NCBI GenBank assembly: GCA_037925075.1
Contig: JAXSNR010000001.1
Coordinates: 608,001-672,000, forward strand
Direction: 5' to 3'
From: Aquificaceae bacterium
GTDB lineage: Bacteria > Aquificota > Aquificia > Aquificales > Aquificaceae
Length of the DNA stretch: 64,000 bases
Position numbers and translations under genes: made by a program
Part shown: one piece after another, positions 39,547 through 48,725 of the stretch
How positions within the stretch are numbered: the stretch's first letter is position 1
Layout of the letters: each line of letters opens with the position of its first letter
Notes under the pieces: generated by a model
Database searches by the model: none
What the model saw: the letters and a program-made list of their open reading frames with translations, nothing else
What the model was told of the DNA's origin: nothing

Positions 39547-40800
39547 TCAGAAAATCCATTGGAACTGAAGGGTAACTGCATCGTTTTTTATGCTGTTCCT
39601 CTGCTTATCAAACTTTGTGTACTCAAGGGTCCACCGGAAGTTCTCGTTTATGAAGTAATAGTTAATACCTAAGCTTATTTGCTTTATGTTTCCCAAATAG
39701 CCTGTAGCACTTGTATTTGGACCCACAAAGTTTGTGGCATCTCCGTAGAGTCTTGCACTTACATCGGTTCCAACTTGCACTATTTGAGGCTTATACTCGG
39801 AATAGGTTATGTATGGCTCAAACTTGTGCTTAGACTTAGGATTTATCATATACCCTGTTTTCACAAGCCAGAAGTCGTTTTTTATACTTCTGTTAGGGTA
39901 AACATTGTTAGCACCATCAATTAGTACTAGCTTGTTAAACTTAACCTGTCCAAGTTCTGCGACAAAAGATATTGGGCCATAATGCCATGCAAAATCCACT
40001 CCATAGAACTTCATATCAGCTTTGTTATCAAGAATACTGTCAGCCAGAGCTTGTGTAGGTACTGATAGAGGGTTAGGTAGTAATAGATAGGGTATTCTTA
40101 CGTTAACCGTGCCAGCTCCGTTCTGAGGATTACCGTTGCCAAGAAAGCCTGGGGATATACCCTGTGTATCGGTTATTATATGTTGGTCTATCTTATTTTG
40201 AAAGGCATAGGATACTCCAAAGGTCATACCCTTTCTCTTTCCAAGGTATGTATCCCTGTAAAGCCAATTGTATATAGCAGGTTTGCCCTCTTGCTCACTA
40301 AGAGTTACAGTTCCTCGCAGGGCGACAAGTGGGCTATTAGAAGAATTGCCTCTAGCCTTCGAGAGACAGGTACCTACACCCGCGTTTGGCGCAGTAAAAC
40401 CACATAACGGAGTATTATTAGAAACTCCCACAATGGTATCATCCCACGGATTTCTAACGTTTTTAAAGCCCCCAAACAAACCAAAAAATCCATCAAAGGT
40501 AATTCTGGAATAACCCTGTCCTTTGCTTGCTGCTCTTATATGGGCGTAGCCACCAAAGGCTCTACAATTAACATCCCCAATAGCCAAGTGGGTCCACCTG
40601 AGCGTTGCATTTGTCCTGTCCAAATCTATGTTGTCATAAGCTCTTTGGAACTTCCCCCTACCCAGAGGAACTCTGGGATAGCCTAAGTATAGGTCAAGGG
40701 TTATACCTTTCATATCTGTCATGGCACTTGGAACGAGCACCGCATCCAGTTCGTGAATAGCTCCATTGTTCCTATTGCTCTGCCTCCTTCCATGTGTTGG
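39547..40800 (-). pseudogene. Outer-membrane porin-like beta-barrel, apparently 5'-truncated
   Basis: C-terminal LQFQWIF and beta-strand pattern; no signal peptide and an in-frame stop about 60 nt upstream of 40740. Confidence 0.55.
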
Positions 40801-40891
40801 TTATCCACCAAAAGGTGTATGTTAAAGGTTTTTTCCTAAACCTTTATCTCTCAAAACAAAGTAAGCTTCCCACAAATCTCTTGTTTTCTCC

Positions 40892-41398
40892 TTACTGCAC
40901 TTTTATGTAGGCAAAACCCTTTGATTGCAGTTCTCCAATGGTAGCAACTCCAGAAGGCACTATCTTGGTGAATTCGTGAAGCTTATTAGCATCAAGCTTT
41001 AGTCTTTGCAAGGTTATGTTACATATATAAAAATCAACACCATAAGCCAACAGATCTTTTTCCATCTGGTAAAGTTCGTCAATCTTTATAACTTCTGTCT
41101 CCCATGGGCTACCAGAAAGGTCCTTCATAAAAAACTTAACACCCGCACCGTGAGCCACAACAACAATCTTTATCTTGAAGGGGTCATTGTCATAAACAGA
41201 CAGGTGATTTCTTATATTGCCCAACATTGCCTTGAACCGTGGTTCCTGAGGGAAATCACAGTGATAAACCACTCCTATCTTAGCCTCCTTTTTAATATCC
41301 TCCATCTTCACTTTAGGTGGAGCTGCTTCCGCAAGTTTGTTTATAAAGGGAACAGAAGCTAACACACTCGCTAATTTAAAAAAACCTCTTCTATCCAT
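40892..41398 (-). CDS. Tat-exported DsrE/DsrF-like protein
   Basis: MDRRGFFK leader after GGAGG RBS; VVAHGAG, ICNIT, VPSGV..GFAYIK. Confidence 0.82.
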   Translation of the reverse strand: MDRRGFFKLASVLASVPFINKLAEAAPPKVKMEDIKKEAKIGVVYHCDFPQEPRFKAMLGNIRNHLSVYDNDPFKIKIVVVAHGAGVKFFMKDLSGSPWETEVIKIDELYQMEKDLLAYGVDFYICNITLQRLKLDANKLHEFTKIVPSGVATIGELQSKGFAYIKVQ

Positions 41399-41441
41399 GT
41401 CATCACCTCCATAGGATTTAATCCTTCCGTAAGATATAAAA

Positions 41442-41458
41442 TGCAAGAACTATGCCAA
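41442..41458 (-). promoter_or_regulatory. Sigma54 (-24/-12) promoter TTGGCATAGTTCTTGCA
   Basis: GG-N10-GC consensus about 45 nt upstream of the DsrE-like gene, directly downstream of an NtrC-family gene. Confidence 0.85.
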
Positions 41459-41521
41459 AACTGGTAATAAATATTTTGCTGATAAATCAGATATTTCCCA
41501 CTTGCTGTGTTGGATAAACCA

Positions 41522-41554
41522 TGTCAATTTGTCAAAGATCTTGCCATTTTGACA
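41522..41554. promoter_or_regulatory. Tandem enhancer-like sites (TGTCAATTTGTCA / TGCCATTTTGACA)
   Basis: Two 13-bp imperfect palindromes 20 bp apart, 65-95 bp upstream of the sigma54 promoter. Confidence 0.6.
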
Positions 41555-41555
41555 A

Positions 41556-42860
41556 TTACATAAGATTATACTTCTTTAGCTTTCTGTAGAAGGTCCTCAA
41601 GGGAATATCCAAAAGTTCTGCAGCTTTCCTCTTGTCAAAATTAACTCTTCTCAATACTTCCTCAATCTTTATCCTCTCCGTTTCCTTAAGACTGTCAGGT
41701 TTTCTATGAAAGGATATGTTAAGATGATTTTCCTGGATCAAAGCTTCATCACATAGTAGTACTGCTCTCTCTATTATGTTCCTTAGTTCTCTTACATTAC
41801 CGGGATAATGGTAAGAAAGGAGAGCTGTTTTAGCTCTTTCCGTAAAGCCCTTTATTTTTTTATTGTACTTTCTACAGAATTTATCAAGAAAGTATTCAGC
41901 TAATTGTATTATATCTTCCTTTCTTTCCCTTAAGGGAGGGACTCTAATTTCAATTGTGTTTAGCCTGTAATATAAATCTTCTCGAAAAAGCCCTTCCTCA
42001 ACTAGCTTTTTAATATCTTTGTTTGTTGCACAGATAATGCGCACGTTACTCTCCACTTCTCTTCTACCGCCTAGTCTATAAAATTTCTTTTCCTCTATTG
42101 CCCTCAGAAGTTTAGCTTGCAGCTTTAGGTCAAGATCTGTTATCTCATCCAAAAAGAGCGTTCCCTCTTTGGCTAACTCCATAAAACCTGCTTTTTGATT
42201 GCTTGCACCGGTAAATGCTCCCTTTTCATAGCCAAAAAGCTCAGCCTCCAAGAGTTCATTGGGTATGGCGGATATATTTATGGCTACAAAGGGTTTATCT
42301 TTTCTATCACTCAGACTATGTATAAGTTTAGCAATAAGCTCTTTACCAACTCCGCTTTCTCCTTGTATTATAACGCTACAATCACTGCAAGCTATCCTTC
42401 CTATTATATCCATAACATTTTTCATTGCAGGGCTTGCTACTATCATATCCTCTTCCATCAACCTTTTTTCGCTTTTTAGGAGGCTGTTCTCCCTCTTCAG
42501 TCTTAACATGTCTTCGACCTTTTTTACTACAAGCTCAACCTCCTCTAGACTGCAAGGTTTTGCCAAGAAGTCAAAGGCTCCTAGCTTCATAGCCTCAACT
42601 GCTATCTTTATGGTTCCATGACCGGTGATAACAACCACTTCCTGAATACTATGATTCTCTTTTACCTTTTTAAGTATATCCATACCGTTCATATCGGGCA
42701 AAAGCAGGTCAAGTATGATTAGGTCATAATGCTGTTTATCAATGAACTCCATTGCTAAATTACCGCTTGAAACATGGTCGACGGAGTGCCCTTTTTCTCT
42801 TAGGAACTTGGATATCAACCAACCGTATTCTACCTCATCTTCGACTACAATTATCTTCAT
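41556..42860 (-). CDS. Sigma54-dependent response regulator (NtrC family)
   Basis: REC domain, GESGVGKE, GAFTGA, Fis-type HTH. Confidence 0.95.
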   Translation of the reverse strand: MKIIVVEDEVEYGWLISKFLREKGHSVDHVSSGNLAMEFIDKQHYDLIILDLLLPDMNGMDILKKVKENHSIQEVVVITGHGTIKIAVEAMKLGAFDFLAKPCSLEEVELVVKKVEDMLRLKRENSLLKSEKRLMEEDMIVASPAMKNVMDIIGRIACSDCSVIIQGESGVGKELIAKLIHSLSDRKDKPFVAINISAIPNELLEAELFGYEKGAFTGASNQKAGFMELAKEGTLFLDEITDLDLKLQAKLLRAIEEKKFYRLGGRREVESNVRIICATNKDIKKLVEEGLFREDLYYRLNTIEIRVPPLRERKEDIIQLAEYFLDKFCRKYNKKIKGFTERAKTALLSYHYPGNVRELRNIIERAVLLCDEALIQENHLNISFHRKPDSLKETERIKIEEVLRRVNFDKRKAAELLDIPLRTFYRKLKKYNLM

Positions 42861-44758
42861 GCGTCTCCACTTTTAATATATACACGAAACTCACAGCCCT
42901 TATCTAAGTTTTCATACTCTATCCTACCACCAATATCCTCCACAAACCTCTTCGCAATCGACAAACCCAAGCCAAAACCTCTATCTTTTTTCGTATAAAA
43001 GGGTTGAAAAATATCCTCAGAGTCTACACCTGGACCTTCATCCTTTATCTTCCAAACTATGAAGGAATTAGCGTCTTCAATGTTCACGTAGACTTTACCT
43101 TGCACTGGAGATGCATCTATGGCGTTATCTATGAGGTTAATAAGAACCTGTTCCAGTTTCCATGGATATGTTAGGATTTTTGGGCGCTTTGTTTTTGCGT
43201 TTAGTTCCACGATTACCTTCTTATGCTTCGCTTTTAGATTGATTATATCTAACAAATCTTTTGTGAAGTTTACAGGGTTCATTTCCTGTGGCGCACCATC
43301 ATAGCTCTTTGCCATGTATAGCAACCTGCTTATGGTATTCTTTGCTCTTTCAACATTTTTAAGAACTACCTCTGCCATTTCCTTTACCTCTTTTTCATTG
43401 GACACATTCCTTATATACTCAGCATATGCCATTATAGAAGCAAGAGGGTTGTTGAGTTGATGTGCTAAGGAACATGCCATTTCTCCTGCCATAGCCAACT
43501 TAGAATACCATCCAACTAGAATTTCAAGATTCTTTCTCTCTGTAATATCCTTTATATGGAAAAGTGTATAATTCTTGTCCTCTAATTCAAGAGGTATTGA
43601 AGTTACACTGACACATTTAGTTTTTCCGCTTACGCTTACAGTAATTTCTGGTATGAACAGAAAAGAACCAGTAGTAAAGTGTTCACTCAAATTCTTTATA
43701 TCCATCTTCAGAACTTCACTGGGCATAATATCAAACATTTTTAAAAAATTCTCATTTACCATTTCTATGGTACCCATTTCATCTTCTACCAGTACAAGAG
43801 CGTCTCCAAGTTTATTAAATAGGTTTACATATACGCTTTTTTCTTTCTCAATTTTATCAAGAAGTTCCTGAAAGGCTTTTGCAAGCACGTAAACTTCTCC
43901 GTATCCATCAATTTCCAGATTCTTTCCACCTGCATAACTCATAACGGATAACTTTAAATCCTCAAGAGGTTTAAAAATCCTTTTCACGGTAAAAAAGCCT
44001 ATCAAAAGCAGTCCACTGCATAAAACTAAGTTTAATAGAAGAGAGGCTTTTAGGAAATCGTAAGCATTTTCATAAACAAAGTCTTCCGGTTCGCTTAACT
44101 CAATAAGCATGTCTGTATCTCTTATGTGAGTTTGAAAATTAAGCGCTTTTCCACTTGCTTGGTTGTTCAATAACAATATAGTTTGTCCATTAGTATCGGC
44201 TAATCTAATCGTGGCATTATGTATACCATATTGGTGGGTGTAATCTTTAAGCAAGTCTTTTAAATTCATAGAGCAGACTATAAAACCCATAGGTACATTG
44301 CTGTTTATATCAAATACCTTTAAGAGCATGTACTTCTCATCAGCATTTCCTGAATACATGCCCAACACTTCATCGGTCCATCCTAGTTTACTCAACATTT
44401 GAGGTAAACCTTCAAAGTTAATAAACCTTGTTTCAAGGTAAATGAGTTTACCCTTTGTATCATAATAGGCACACCCTTCAATATGTTCAATATCTCCTGT
44501 CAACCTCCATAGTATTTCTTTCAAGTTTACATTTAGGCTTCTGTACTTTGTTGTTATAGACTTAATTTTTATCTGTGTGGCTATGATATCTTCCTTAAAT
44601 CTATCTGCAAGAATCCTAGTTATAGCGCCCTTATTTTCTAGCCATGAAGTTCTAAGTTGTTCTTTCAACACATGAAAATAAATAAAAACAGAAAGAAGTT
44701 GAATAAAAATTATTAGAACAATAACCAATAGTATCCTATTTTTGATGCTTTGCTTCAT
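42857..44758 (-). CDS. Membrane sensor histidine kinase (periplasmic domain, HAMP, PAS)
   Basis: AHQLNNPL H-box, NLIDNA, DEGPG, GFGLGL. Confidence 0.92.
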   Translation of the reverse strand: MKQSIKNRILLVIVLIIFIQLLSVFIYFHVLKEQLRTSWLENKGAITRILADRFKEDIIATQIKIKSITTKYRSLNVNLKEILWRLTGDIEHIEGCAYYDTKGKLIYLETRFINFEGLPQMLSKLGWTDEVLGMYSGNADEKYMLLKVFDINSNVPMGFIVCSMNLKDLLKDYTHQYGIHNATIRLADTNGQTILLLNNQASGKALNFQTHIRDTDMLIELSEPEDFVYENAYDFLKASLLLNLVLCSGLLLIGFFTVKRIFKPLEDLKLSVMSYAGGKNLEIDGYGEVYVLAKAFQELLDKIEKEKSVYVNLFNKLGDALVLVEDEMGTIEMVNENFLKMFDIMPSEVLKMDIKNLSEHFTTGSFLFIPEITVSVSGKTKCVSVTSIPLELEDKNYTLFHIKDITERKNLEILVGWYSKLAMAGEMACSLAHQLNNPLASIMAYAEYIRNVSNEKEVKEMAEVVLKNVERAKNTISRLLYMAKSYDGAPQEMNPVNFTKDLLDIINLKAKHKKVIVELNAKTKRPKILTYPWKLEQVLINLIDNAIDASPVQGKVYVNIEDANSFIVWKIKDEGPGVDSEDIFQPFYTKKDRGFGLGLSIAKRFVEDIGGRIEYENLDKGCEFRVYIKSGDA

Positions 44759-45717
44759 TTAAAAACTCTGTCCGCCAAAAGGATTTTACTGTTATCTAAA
44801 ACATATCCCATTTCCTTTAACACGCTCTCATTTATAGATAGTTTAACCTTTGTTACCTTTTCAAAGGGTATATCCTCAACCCTTCTCCCTTTTATTATCT
44901 GATAAGCAATATAGGATGCTTGATAGCCCTGGTCATATCCGGAACTACCGTAAGCCACCGCACAACCTTTCATGGCATGTTCTGGAGACAAGCACACAAC
45001 CGGTATATGATAAAACCTTGCGTAGTGCAGTATGTAGGAAATTAAAAAATTATCTGTATAAAAACAAGGTGTGATCACAATAGCCTCAAACCCATCTTCT
45101 TTCATATGGCTTATTACATATTCAAGGTCCTGTACGTCCTTAACCATCAAGGGATAGATTTTTAATCCATGTTTTTCTCCAGCTTTTATAGTCAATCCAG
45201 TTGCATATTTTGAAGCTTCAAAGTTAGGCGTGCAGAAAACTAAAGCCTTTTTTATATGAGGGAACAATCTTTTGAATATTTCTATACGTTTTTCCATCAG
45301 CTCTGTATTTAGATTATCAACTCCTGTTATGCCTTCTATAGGTCTGTTTTCATTATCTACAAAACCCCAGACCTGTAAAGCAGTTCCACCCATTATCACA
45401 ATCGGAGGTCTAAAATCATCTTTTACCTTTTTAATGTAATAAGCTTCAAGGCTTCCACCTACCGCTACAAGGCTGAATTCCTTCTCCCTCTTTACTATCT
45501 CAATAGCTTTCTCTTCTAAACTTTTTAGACTATTTTCTCCATTGTATATTACAAATTCGACATCATGAAGCCCAAGATTTTTAAGTCCGTCCATGAAACC
45601 ATCCAGCTTAGTTAGCCTCCCTTCTCCAGATATTAGAACACCTATAACTATCTTCCTTTTACCAAACTCACAAGAAACAACCATAACAAATAGCAAAATT
45701 GTCAGGATAAGCTTCAT
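44755..45717 (-). CDS. Periplasmic-binding-fold lipoprotein (ABC substrate-binding-like) without transporter genes
   Basis: Lipobox-like VVSC, ITGV, YDQGYQA, LSINE; ATGA overlap with the kinase. Confidence 0.78.
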   Translation of the reverse strand: MKLILTILLFVMVVSCEFGKRKIVIGVLISGEGRLTKLDGFMDGLKNLGLHDVEFVIYNGENSLKSLEEKAIEIVKREKEFSLVAVGGSLEAYYIKKVKDDFRPPIVIMGGTALQVWGFVDNENRPIEGITGVDNLNTELMEKRIEIFKRLFPHIKKALVFCTPNFEASKYATGLTIKAGEKHGLKIYPLMVKDVQDLEYVISHMKEDGFEAIVITPCFYTDNFLISYILHYARFYHIPVVCLSPEHAMKGCAVAYGSSGYDQGYQASYIAYQIIKGRRVEDIPFEKVTKVKLSINESVLKEMGYVLDNSKILLADRVFK

Positions 45718-45811
45718 GTTTAATAAAATATAATCATAATTCGGGAAATTGAGATCATATGAACTAACACAGAATACTTACACGAGCTATATTTCCCTAT
45801 TCATAGTGTGT

Positions 45812-45844
45812 GTTAATAAATTATAAACTAGTCTATGCTAAGTG
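45812..45844 (+). repeat. 33-bp direct repeat, copy 2
   Basis: gttaataaattataaactagtctatgctaagtg. Confidence 0.85.
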
Positions 45845-45976
45845 AGAAATTAAAACTTGTATAAACCTTCTATACAATGTTGGCAGGTTAAAGATAAAGG
45901 AACTCTAAAATATGAAGCAAAAACCCTAACATCAAAAAGGAGGCGCCCTTTGGCACCCCCTTAGACTTTTCCAATA

Positions 45977-47149
45977 CTAGGAACCAATGCATGCCTCTGG
46001 ATCAAAACAGCTCGGATAAGTGTGGTCCACTGTCCCATCGTTTCCTTCATCTATCTGTACTCCCCCAGTGGAGGTATAAATAATTCTTCCATTTATGCCA
46101 CCTGTTACCACAATTACTCCAGCGGATGGACAATCTATTCCTTCTCCGATAAGAAGAGGAGTTTGAGTCGTTAATGTGATCGTGCCATTGAAACAGGCAT
46201 CGCCGTAAGTGACTGTTCCATCTATTGTTATGCGTACTCCACTGGTAGTATCTTCAAATGTTAAAGTTAGTGGATTACCAGATGAGATACTAATGGTTGC
46301 CGACTCATTGGTATCTATATAGTCTGTATTACTTAAACCGCCTGAGATATAAATAATACCCTTTGTCGGCTCGCAGGTTTGATTAAACTGGGTAATCTGG
46401 ACACTTTCATTAAAGTTGTTTGCCTGAATCCTAATATTTTCATCCCATTTGCCATCCCTGTTTTTATCATTCTTAACTAAAACATCCGCTGTCCCAATTG
46501 TTATACTGTATTTATCAGGTACATCGCAGGAAGTAGAAAAGCTTTGGATTGAGCCTGTTAAATTCATGGACCACTCTTCTTCATGTTTGGGTACATTCTT
46601 TGTAGGTTCATATTCTCTATAAATATATTTGCCTGTACCATCAACACCGGTCATGCTGTATGTAAAGCTATTTCCTGATTCAGAATAGGATACTCTCCCA
46701 TGGAGATACTCTTTCCCTTGGTCGGTAGTCATGTAACAGTTATTAAAAGTTATTGTAAACCCATTTTGGGTACTATCCACTGTCATGGTCCCGCCACCAG
46801 AACACTGTGTAGTCTGTACTTCCTTAAGACCTTTTGTCTTTATTGAAGCAAGCTTTTGCCTCCTTTCCTTGAATGCGTTATAAAAGGTCACTATTGCCTC
46901 TTTTGTAGTCATCTTAGTATCAAAACCACTAGCTGAAGCTCCAGAAGCAAACATAAGGCCAAATTCACTCATGTCGATAGCCATATCAGATACCTGTACC
47001 CCTTTTCCAGCAGATGGCTGACCACCACCTCCATCACCTGTTCCGCCTCCACCACCAACTGCTCCGCCTCCACCACCGCCTCCGCAGGCTGTGAGGCCAA
47101 AGCTAAATAGGGCGACCGACACAAGGATGAGTAAAAGTTTTTTCCTCAT
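45977..47149 (-). CDS. Lipoprotein with Gly-rich linker and beta-rich, Cys-containing repeats
   Basis: LTAC lipobox followed by poly-Gly; Thr/Ser/Gly-rich; start reassigned to MRKK (GGAGG RBS). Confidence 0.75.
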   Translation of the reverse strand: MRKKLLLILVSVALFSFGLTACGGGGGGGAVGGGGGTGDGGGGQPSAGKGVQVSDMAIDMSEFGLMFASGASASGFDTKMTTKEAIVTFYNAFKERRQKLASIKTKGLKEVQTTQCSGGGTMTVDSTQNGFTITFNNCYMTTDQGKEYLHGRVSYSESGNSFTYSMTGVDGTGKYIYREYEPTKNVPKHEEEWSMNLTGSIQSFSTSCDVPDKYSITIGTADVLVKNDKNRDGKWDENIRIQANNFNESVQITQFNQTCEPTKGIIYISGGLSNTDYIDTNESATISISSGNPLTLTFEDTTSGVRITIDGTVTYGDACFNGTITLTTQTPLLIGEGIDCPSAGVIVVTGGINGRIIYTSTGGVQIDEGNDGTVDHTYPSCFDPEACIGS

Positions 47150-47329
47150 GGCAACCACCTCCATATGATATATATCAGTTATAATATAATATGAATTCTC
47201 TGATTAGTCAAGTAGGAATTACCCACTTTAGCTTTTGCTAAACAATGTAGTACACCCATATGACAACCTTGCTAAGGAGTCCGTGAAATTAGTCAGCTTT
47301 TCAACCCCACACCTTAGATTAGCAACGCT

Positions 47330-47647
47330 TCAAGGCTTATTAAATTTCTTCATAAACTCATTCATAAACTCATTTATTGCGTTTTCTACCTCGTCAAAGA
47401 ATCTTTCTAAATCTTCAAGTGCCGCCTGTCTGCCTCTTTCCATGGCTTCGTAGATTATATACTTTAGGTCGTCCGTCATGCCTTGGATAAGCTCATAGTA
47501 GTAGTCCTTTGTTTTGTCTATCTCTTCTTGTGTATGCTCTTCTGACATGAATTCTTCATGCTCGTCTATGATTTTGCCCACCTCCTTTAATAATATAACT
47601 TTAACTATATTTGTAAGCAAAAAACCATAAAGATAGTACCTTATCAT
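47330..47647 (-). CDS. Acidic helical hypothetical protein (possibly a gene fragment)
   Basis: Open frame with host-like composition but no clear RBS. Confidence 0.4.
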   Translation of the reverse strand: MIRYYLYGFLLTNIVKVILLKEVGKIIDEHEEFMSEEHTQEEIDKTKDYYYELIQGMTDDLKYIIYEAMERGRQAALEDLERFFDEVENAINEFMNEFMKKFNKP

Positions 47648-47867
47648 AAAAGTAAGCCCGCTCTCTTCTAATTATTTCAACTCCACTCGGTAGGTTAGCA
47701 ACACCTATATGGAAGATTTTTAGTTAAGTTTTGCATGATTACAGACAATTCCTATGGGTTAGGACTTGTCTATAAGTATGGGCTTGGTAGCCGAAAAATT
47801 TTAGCCTTTACTAAACAAACAATGTACTATATTTAAATTATGACTTTTATCACGTTGGAGGTGCGCT

Positions 47868-48629
47868 ATGAAAAACGTCATATTCAATACGCCAGAGCAT
47901 AAGGTGGTCTTTTTTGAAGAACTAACCCCTGCATCTGCAGTGCAGGCAAATCAAGTCCTTATAATACACAGGGATGAAGGTATGCTTCTTGACCCGGGAG
48001 GCCATAAGGTTTTTTCAAAGCTTCTTTCGGACCTTTCAATTTACATACCACCGAGCCAGATAAAGTATATATTCCTTTCCCATCAGGACCCAGATATAGT
48101 AGCCTCCATAAACGGTTGGCTTATGACCACAAAGGCGGTCGCCTATGTATCCAAGCTCTGGATGAGGTTCTTGCCACACTTTGGATTGGATTCTCAACTG
48201 GAAGACCGAGTACTTTCCATAGATGATGGTGGGACGGTTCTTATCCTTGGCGGAGATTGCAAGCTTTATATAATTCCTGCCCACTTTATGCACTCCCCGG
48301 GCAACTTTCAGGTTTATGATCCATGTGCTAAAATTCTCTTTTCTGGAGACCTTGGAGCGTCTCTTGGTCAGGATTACTTTGTGGTGGAGGACTTTGACAA
48401 TCACATAAAATACATGGAAGGCTTCCACAGAAGGTACATGGCAAGCAACAAGGTACTTAGACTCTGGGCCAACATGGTAAGACAGTTGGACATTGAGATG
48501 ATTGTGCCACAGCATGGAGCTATCTTCAAGGGTAAAGAGATAGTAAATCGTTTTATTGAATGGATTGAAAACCTTGAGGTGGGCGTGGACCTTCTGACGC
48601 AGGAAAGATACCAAGTGCCTACCGGCTAA
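47868..48629 (+). CDS. Metallo-beta-lactamase-fold oxygen-binding di-iron protein (ODP/FprA-like)
   Basis: DPGG, SHQDPD, HFMHSPGN, SGD, FHRRYM, PQHG. Confidence 0.85.
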   Translation: MKNVIFNTPEHKVVFFEELTPASAVQANQVLIIHRDEGMLLDPGGHKVFSKLLSDLSIYIPPSQIKYIFLSHQDPDIVASINGWLMTTKAVAYVSKLWMRFLPHFGLDSQLEDRVLSIDDGGTVLILGGDCKLYIIPAHFMHSPGNFQVYDPCAKILFSGDLGASLGQDYFVVEDFDNHIKYMEGFHRRYMASNKVLRLWANMVRQLDIEMIVPQHGAIFKGKEIVNRFIEWIENLEVGVDLLTQERYQVPTG

Positions 48630-48725
48630 AAAGTTCAGAGTTTGTAGGATTTTGAACCAGCTGAGCTGGTTTTTATGATTCAAGGCTTTCCCTACTTGCA
48701 ATGAATGGCATAAAGCTCTATATAA

